Below, piece after piece: positions 57,734 to 64,000 of a stretch of 64,000 nucleotides of DNA (its first letter is position 1; every line of letters starts with the position of its first letter). The stretch comes from an uncultured Chloroflexia bacterium (GTDB taxonomy: Bacteria; Chloroflexota; Limnocylindria; Limnocylindrales; CSP1-4): NCBI GenBank assembly GCA_963749705.1, contig CAVVNQ010000006.1:64001-128000 (forward strand), in the 5' to 3' direction. The position numbers were made by a program, and so were the translations under genes. The notes beneath the pieces were generated by a model. The model did no database searches and had not been told where the DNA came from. It saw only the letters and a list, made by a program, of their open reading frames with translations.

Positions 57734-59379
57734 TCAGCCGACGCAGACCTCGTACGCGAGCGCCGGGCCCGAGGACGGCACGAGCTCCAGCCGGTAGCGT
57801 CCGGCGGCAAGCCCGACGGCCGGCAGCGCCACGAGCGTGAGCCCGCCCGTCGCCGGCTCGCCGGCCATCAGCCGCGTCGGCAGCGGTTCCGCGCCACCGG
57901 TCCTCGACAGACGCACGCCCACGATGGTCGTCCCGCGCGGCGTCTGGACCGCGAGCAACCGGTCGGCGGGCGTGACGGTCGCGCCTCGGCCACAGGTCCC
58001 GGTGCCCGGACCGCCCACCAGGTCGAGGTCGGTCACGATCGGCTGCCCGGCGACCCCACCCGGGGCCGCGACTGCGGCCATCCAGCGGCCGAGCAGCGCC
58101 AGCGGCGAGGACGGCGACGCGGTCGCCGGCGACGGCACGATCTCCACGTGCCAGACCCGCGCCTGGTAGCTCCCGTCCGGACCCGTCCACGACGCCGTCA
58201 GCTCGTACACCCCGGCGGCAAACGAGGCGCCCGCCCCGGCTCGCTCCAGGACGACGACCCCGGCGCGCGCGGACGCCGGCGGATCCGGTCCGGCGGTCGG
58301 GGCATGTGGCGCGGCGGCATCTGCCGCCACGACCTCGACCGGCGCCCGCACGCTGCCGCCGACCGGTGTGAGCATCTCGATCCACAGGTACGGATCGCGC
58401 GCGCCCGGGGGCAGCGCGGCGCCAAGGGCGGCGACATCGGTCGACGGCACCGGCGCCACCAGCGGCTGCCGCCCCGGCCGCGCCGATGCGAGCCAGGCCT
58501 CGTGCTCGGTCAGCGGCTCCGACACCTCCGCGTCGACCGCGATCACCTCGCCACCGACGACGGCGATCGGGCCCTCGGGAAGCCCCCCGATGCTGCCGGC
58601 GATGTCCGCCGGCGGGCCCGACACCGACGCCGGCGCGACCGACCCGATGTCCCCCGGGACGGTCGTCAGCAGCCGCGTGATCCCGGACCCGAGCAGCACG
58701 TCGAAACGGTACCTGCCAGCGGGCCAGGCCCCGGCAACCGCGGTGGCCGTCGCGTCGGGGAGCCATAGCCAGGACCCGGGGTCGGGCCCGGGAAGGCGCG
58801 ACCGCACCGATCCGACGCGGCGTCGCCACGGAACCCAGCTTCCAGATCCGGATGTCGAGCGGGAGACGGTCGGCGGGCGTGGTCACGCCGACGGCGACGA
58901 CGACATCGCCCGTCGCGGCGGGCGACACGACGGTCCCGAGATTCCAGGTGTCACCGGTGAGATCGGCCGGGCTCCAGCGTTCCTCGAGACCGGTCCCCGA
59001 ACCGTCGCCCGGCGGCCGCTCGCCCGGTCGCACCACGATCACGCGGATCCCCCAGTCATCGTGCGGTCGGGCCGCCGCTTCGATGTCGGCGGCCTGCAGC
59101 CGGCTCGCAGCCTGGGCGCCTGCGCCGGTGGCGCCCTGGTCAGCGAGGCCGCCGGAACCCAGCGCGTCGCGCTCACCCGCGGAAGGGTCGCTCACCGCCC
59201 AGGGTCGGAGGACCGTCACGAGCAGGAACACCACCACCACGATCGCCGCGCCCGATCGCGATCCGCGGCATGCGGCCGCCACCGACGCGCCTCGGCTCGA
59301 TGTCGATCCCGCCGGCCGCTCGGCTTGCTGACGTGCGGTCGGGCTTGATGCTGCCCGGCGCGCCGGCACCGCGGGGCAT
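57734..59379 (-). pseudogene. Membrane-anchored hypothetical protein gene broken by two apparent +1 frameshifts (near 59252 and 58797)
   Basis: Protein-like text runs MPRGAG...RIAIG | AAIVVVVFLLVTVLRPW...IGAVA | LPGPDPGSWLW...YEVCVG across three frames. Confidence 0.6.
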
Positions 59380-59398
59380 GGCCCCGATCCTGCCCCGG

Positions 59399-60454
59399 TC
59401 AGCTCGCCGCGGGGACGACGCGGCCGTGTGCGTCCAGGGTCGCCTGCCGGCGCAGCGCACGCAGCTCGGCACCCGGGACCTGGTCGCGTGCGTGGTAGCT
59501 CGAGCGGACCAGCGGGCCCGACTCCACGTGCTTGAACCCCAGCGCCAGGGCCTCGGCCTTCATCTCGGCGAACTCGTCGGGGTGGTAGTAGCGGACCAGC
59601 GGCAGGTGATCCGTGGTCGGGCGCAGGTATTGCCCGATGGTCAGGATGTCGCAGTCCACGTCGCGCAGGGCCGTGAAGCACTCGGTCAGCTCGGCCCGTG
59701 TCTCGCCCAGCCCGACCATGAGCGACGACTTGGTGTGCGCCTCGTGGCCGTACTCGGCCGCATAGGCCTTGGCGCGCTCGAGGACCGACAGCGTGCGGTC
59801 CCAGCGGGCGCGCTTGCGGACCGGCCTCTGGAGCCGCTTCACGGTCTCGAGGTTGTGGTTGAGGATGTCGGGTCCCGCGTCCATCACGGCCCGCAGCGGC
59901 GCTTCCTCGCCGTTGAAGTCCGGGATCAGGACCTCCACGCCCATGCCCGGGCTGCGGGTGCGGAGCTCGCGGATGGTCGCCGCGAACGCGCCCGCTCCCC
60001 CGTCCGGCAGGTCGTCGCGGGCGACGCTCGTGACCACCACGTGGTCGAGGTTCATGGCGGCGACGGCCTCGGCGACCCGCCGCGGCTCGTCGTCGTCGAA
60101 CCAGGTGGGCTTGCCGGTCTTGATCGCGCAGAAGCCGCAGGCGCGGGTACAGGTGTCGCCCAGGATCATCACCGTCGCGGTGCGCTGGTCCCAGCACTCG
60201 CCGACGTTCGGGCAGCGGGCTTCCTCGCACACGGTGTTGAGGTTCAGGCCGGAGAGCAGCCCCTTGAGCTCGTGGTAGTTGTCGCCCGACGGCATCCGGG
60301 ACTTGATCCAGTCCGGGTGGCGGCGGAGCGGCATCGTGCCGTCCGCGGCCGCGCCGAATGTGCCGCCGCCCATCGCGATCGAGATGGGCGTGGCCGGTGC
60401 GTGGTCGTGGCCCTTGCCGGGGCCGGGATCGAAGATCGGGAGGTCGCGGGTCAT
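59399..60454 (-). CDS. lipA: Lipoyl synthase
   Basis: CEEARCPNVGEC, CTRACGFC, TSVARDD, NHNLET, GQYLRP, VRSSY. Confidence 0.96.
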   Translation of the reverse strand: MTRDLPIFDPGPGKGHDHAPATPISIAMGGGTFGAAADGTMPLRRHPDWIKSRMPSGDNYHELKGLLSGLNLNTVCEEARCPNVGECWDQRTATVMILGDTCTRACGFCAIKTGKPTWFDDDEPRRVAEAVAAMNLDHVVVTSVARDDLPDGGAGAFAATIRELRTRSPGMGVEVLIPDFNGEEAPLRAVMDAGPDILNHNLETVKRLQRPVRKRARWDRTLSVLERAKAYAAEYGHEAHTKSSLMVGLGETRAELTECFTALRDVDCDILTIGQYLRPTTDHLPLVRYYHPDEFAEMKAEALALGFKHVESGPLVRSSYHARDQVPGAELRALRRQATLDAHGRVVPAAS

Positions 60455-60479
60455 CGTCGTCTGTCGCCGTCCGGATCCG

Positions 60480-61919
60480 CTAGTACAGCGCGGTCTCGGG
60501 ACCGACGCCCTCGAGCCACGCCTTGATATCGCGGAGCAGGGCCGCCCCGCCGGCGCCATCGTTGGCGCGATGGTCGACACCCAGGACCATGTTCATGATC
60601 GGCCGGATCGCGATCGTGTCACCATCGGGCGTGCTCAGCACGACCGCGCGCTTGGTGATCGCCTCCATGGTCACGATCCCGACCTCGGGCACGTTGAGGA
60701 TCGGCATCACGAGGTTGGTGCCGAGGTACCCGGTGTTGTCCACCGTGAACGTCCCGCCGCCGAAGTCGTCGAGGCGCAGCTTGTTCGCCTTGGCGCGACC
60801 GGCCACGTCCGCGATCGCGGCGTTGAGGCCATGGATCGAGAGCTGGTCCGCGTCCCGGATGACCGGCACGATCAGCCCGTCGTCGACCGCCACCGCGACG
60901 CCGATGTTGACGCGTCGCTTGGCGAGCAGCCCCTGGTCGGTCCAGTGGGCATTGAACGTCGGGTTGCGCTTGAGCGCCTCGGCGGCCGCCTTGACGACAA
61001 ACGGGACGTAGCTCAGGGAGAGCCCTTCCTTCTCCTGGTACGTGCGCTTCGTCCGCTCCCGCAGCTGGACCAGCCGCGTCGCATCGACCTCCATCTGGAC
61101 GTATGCGTGCGGCGCCTGGAGCGACCGCGTCATCTGGGCGGCGATCCCCTTGCGCATCTGGGTCAGGGGAACGAGCACCTCGTCCGCGCCGGCCGGGAAG
61201 GCGATCGTCGCCGGAGCCGGTCCGCCGCCGCGAGCTCCCGCCGAGGCTGCCGGTGCCGGGGCGGCGGACGCCGATGTCGCAGAGGTCGCCTGCTGCCGGG
61301 TCTCCGCCGTCGCCGGAGCGGTGCCGGTGCGAACGGCCTCCACGAAGGCGATCACGTCCTCGCGGGTGATCCGGCCGCCGCCACCGGTGCCCGAGATCTG
61401 CGCGGGCTCGAGGTTGTGCTCGCGAAGCAGGCGGCGGACCGCCGGGGTCATCCGGGCGTTCGGATCGCCGGCGGGTTCGGCGGCGGCCACGCTGGGGGCA
61501 GCCGATGCGACCGCGGGCTGTGCGGGAACCGGAGCGGCTGGAGCTGATGTGGGCGCCGCGGTCGGCGAGGACGTCGCCGCGACGGGGCGCTCGTCGGACC
61601 CGGCGGGGCCGTGGGCAACCTCGGGCTCGGCGGCGGCGGCCGGCGCAGCGGCTTCGGCCGGCGCCGCTGCCCTGGCCCCGTCGTCTGCCGTCTCGATCAC
61701 GGCGATCTCGGCGTTGTTGGGGACCGTGTCGCCCTCCTGGGCCAGGATCTCCTTGAGCACACCGGCGAACGGCGATGGAACCTCGGCGTTCACCTTGTCG
61801 GTGATCACCTCGAGCAGCGGCTCATACTTCTCGACGGTGTCGCCCGGCTGCTTGAGCCAGCGGCCGATCGTCCCTTCGGCCACGCTCTCGCCGAGCTGGG
61901 GCATCGTCACCTTGGCCAC
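60480..61919 (-). CDS. 2-oxoacid dehydrogenase E2 (dihydrolipoamide acyltransferase)
   Basis: Lipoyl domain ITDKVNAE, E3-binding TPAVRRL..GTGGGGRIT, catalytic DHRANDG. Confidence 0.93.
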   Translation of the reverse strand: MAKVTMPQLGESVAEGTIGRWLKQPGDTVEKYEPLLEVITDKVNAEVPSPFAGVLKEILAQEGDTVPNNAEIAVIETADDGARAAAPAEAAAPAAAAEPEVAHGPAGSDERPVAATSSPTAAPTSAPAAPVPAQPAVASAAPSVAAAEPAGDPNARMTPAVRRLLREHNLEPAQISGTGGGGRITREDVIAFVEAVRTGTAPATAETRQQATSATSASAAPAPAASAGARGGGPAPATIAFPAGADEVLVPLTQMRKGIAAQMTRSLQAPHAYVQMEVDATRLVQLRERTKRTYQEKEGLSLSYVPFVVKAAAEALKRNPTFNAHWTDQGLLAKRRVNIGVAVAVDDGLIVPVIRDADQLSIHGLNAAIADVAGRAKANKLRLDDFGGGTFTVDNTGYLGTNLVMPILNVPEVGIVTMEAITKRAVVLSTPDGDTIAIRPIMNMVLGVDHRANDGAGGAALLRDIKAWLEGVGPETALY

Positions 61920-62031
61920 TGGGCAAATCCTCCGATGGGGCGCTGCGGGAGGCGCGGGATCGTCGGGTCCTAGTGTCGCGCATCCGGGGCGTCCATGCCC
62001 AACCCGGCCACGAACGCGGCCACGAACCCGC

Positions 62032-63297
62032 TCACATGACCGGCGACGGCCTGCGGCTCGACGACACCGCATCGTCACGGAGCCAGATTCCGACGGTTGC
62101 GGGCCGCATTGCGTCGCCCACCGTCGCACGGATGTCGCCGACAACGGCGTCGAGGTCGACGGCGTCCCGCTGGCGCGCACCAAACGCCGCGACGGTCATG
62201 GCCGCATCGACCCGGGCTCGGTCGAACCGGCGGTCGACGGCGCCCTGGACCCATCGCCGGATCGGCTGGAAGGCGGCGAATGCCGCGAGCGTGGAAGCTG
62301 CCACTGCCAGCGTGTTGCGCGATGTCATGTCCGCGAGCAGCGCCTGCAGGGCAAGGTTCCCGAGTGCGAACACCCCCAGCAGCGTGACGGTGACGACCAC
62401 GTAGGTGATCGTGCGGCTGATCAGCTGGTCGATGTCGTAGAGCCGATAGCGCAGAATCGCGAGCGTTACGGCGGCCGGGATCAGGGCCAGCGCAAGGGGA
62501 CCCAGGACGGACAGCAGGACGGAGCTCACCCCCACGAACGTGGGCAGGACCGTCACCCCGGACAGCACCATGGCGGCCAGCATCCACTTGAGCTGCTGCC
62601 GTTCGTCCCCGCGACCTCGCCGGAAGCGTACGACGATCGAGACGACGCCCATGATCGCGCCGAGCATCATCACGATGACCGCAAGCGCGGTCCCGGCCGG
62701 GCGGGTCCAGTCCGGGAGGAACGGGATCGCCATCGGGTTGGGCGGGATACCAGGGTCGATCTGCCCGGGCCCCAGGATCGTCGCCGTCGTGGACACGATG
62801 AGCAGGCCCGTGACGACAGCCACCGGACCTCGCCATCCGGGGCCGGGCAGACGCCCGTCGGGGAACAGGATCGGCATGAACGCGAGCAGGAGCACAACGA
62901 ACACGACGAGCCCCGCGATCGCGATCGTGCCCGCGGCACCGGCCAGCGCCGGCATCGTGGTGGCTGCGGAGGCCACGATGCCGAAGCCCACGAATGGGGC
63001 CGCCCCGAAGGGCGGCGCGAGCAGGAACAGCCAGCCGACGGCGTGACCCGGGCGCAGGCGCACGAGCAGCCAGCCCAGCGACGCAAACCACAGCAGCGCC
63101 GGGACGAGCTCGACGACGGAAAGGGGGGTGCCATCGCCGACACCGTTGTCGATCACCGCCGGGAGGTACAGCCATGTGAGGGTGGTGGCAGAGGCGACCG
63201 ACACGAGCCATGCCGCGCTCGCCAGGCGCAGCTCGCGGCCTGACGCCCGCCGGTCGGTGCGGGCGCGTGCGGCATGGGGGTCTGACCGCGCTGTCAC
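62032..63297 (-). CDS. Multi-pass membrane protein resembling the sensor N-terminus of histidine kinases, without a kinase domain
   Basis: RPGHAVGW, LFPDGRLPGPGWR, ERQQLKW, AILRYRLYDID, VDRRFDRARVDA. Confidence 0.8.
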   Translation of the reverse strand: MTARSDPHAARARTDRRASGRELRLASAAWLVSVASATTLTWLYLPAVIDNGVGDGTPLSVVELVPALLWFASLGWLLVRLRPGHAVGWLFLLAPPFGAAPFVGFGIVASAATTMPALAGAAGTIAIAGLVVFVVLLLAFMPILFPDGRLPGPGWRGPVAVVTGLLIVSTTATILGPGQIDPGIPPNPMAIPFLPDWTRPAGTALAVIVMMLGAIMGVVSIVVRFRRGRGDERQQLKWMLAAMVLSGVTVLPTFVGVSSVLLSVLGPLALALIPAAVTLAILRYRLYDIDQLISRTITYVVVTVTLLGVFALGNLALQALLADMTSRNTLAVAASTLAAFAAFQPIRRWVQGAVDRRFDRARVDAAMTVAAFGARQRDAVDLDAVVGDIRATVGDAMRPATVGIWLRDDAVSSSRRPSPVM

Positions 63298-63355
63298 GAC
63301 CCGATCCTCGCGCGGGTCCGTTCCGGGAGCGTTACGGAGGGCCCCTCTGCGCCCC

Positions 63356-64000
63356 TCAGTAGGCGGCGAGCTTCCGGATCGCATCCGCGATCTTGATCGG
63401 GTTGAGCATGAACCAGTCCTCGAGGACGTGGTTGTAGGGAACGCCGGGCACGTCGGGTCCGGCGATCCGGGACACGGGTCCGTCGAGGTAGTCGAACGCC
63501 TCCTCGGCGACGATCGCGGCGATCTCCGCCCCGTACCCGCCGAACCGGTTGTCCTCGTAGGCGATCAGGCACTTGCCCGTCTTGCGCACGGACATCAGCA
63601 GGGCGTCCCGATCGAGCGGCCGCAGCGTCCGCAGGTCGAGCACCTCGACATCGATCCCGTCGGCCTCGACCCGCTGCGCCGCCTCGAGCGCGTAATGGAC
63701 CATCAGCCCGTACGCGACCACGGTCACCTGGCGGCCCGGCCGGCGGATGAGCGCCCGCCCGAGGGGCACCGTGAACTCGCCGTCGGGAACCTCGCCGCGC
63801 ACGCTGCGGTACATCTTCTTGTGCTCGAAGAACAGCACCGGGTCCTCGTCCCGGATCGCCGACCGCAGCAGGCCCTTGGCATCCGCGGGCGTGGACGGGA
63901 TCACCACCTTGAGCCCGGGGACGTGGGAGAAGAACCCCTCGACCGACTGCGAGTGGTACAGCGCCCCGTGGACCCCGCCGCCGTACGGCGCACGGACGAC
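63356..64000 (-). CDS. 2-oxoacid (branched-chain-type) dehydrogenase E1 beta subunit; 5' end outside the window
   Basis: PYGGGVHGALYHSQS, PGLKVVIPSTP, DPVLFFEHK, LDLRTLRPLD, KTGK. Confidence 0.92.
   Translation of the reverse strand, partial: VVRAPYGGGVHGALYHSQSVEGFFSHVPGLKVVIPSTPADAKGLLRSAIRDEDPVLFFEHKKMYRSVRGEVPDGEFTVPLGRALIRRPGRQVTVVAYGLMVHYALEAAQRVEADGIDVEVLDLRTLRPLDRDALLMSVRKTGKCLIAYEDNRFGGYGAEIAAIVAEEAFDYLDGPVSRIAGPDVPGVPYNHVLEDWFMLNPIKIADAIRKLAAY

Noticed and set aside
57714-60230. 838-aa ORF overlapping lipA
   Set aside because: Only the ~59250-58800 segment looks coding (middle of the frameshifted gene); the rest is off-frame read-through.

Overview
Very GC-rich bacterial chromosomal segment, mostly core metabolism. 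The gene mix (sortase, lipoproteins, BldC-like HTH, many apparently leaderless genes) suggests a monoderm, possibly a high-GC Chloroflexota such as Limnocylindria/Ellin6529; this is an inference only. About 60 CDS and two tRNAs (Arg-TCT, Glu-CTC) are present. No CRISPR array, integrase, transposase, rRNA or prophage is recognisable. Main themes: (i) acyl-CoA and branched-chain metabolism, including a split B12 mutase with an isobutyryl-CoA-mutase (Phe/Gln) signature, MeaB, two acyl-CoA dehydrogenases, 2-oxoacid dehydrogenase E1beta/E2 and LipA; (ii) an Acs + AcuC-type deacetylase + GNAT-first Pat acetylation switch; (iii) an ECF sigma factor translationally coupled to an Ogt alkyltransferase with a C-terminal Ada Zn finger; (iv) an orphan SPPY DNA methyltransferase; (v) a DUF1611/epimerase (DgcN/DgcA-like) pair; (vi) accessory islets 3' of both tRNAs. 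The most novel-looking signals are non-coding: a promoter-driven ~300-nt multi-hairpin RNA candidate (14225-14520), a small RNA candidate with repeated anti-Shine-Dalgarno-like loops (39105-39247), a 111-bp inverted-repeat element in two diverged copies (9783-9893, 20500-20610), and a pervasive TANNNT-6nt-start leaderless architecture. All calls come from motif reading by eye; no database searches were run.
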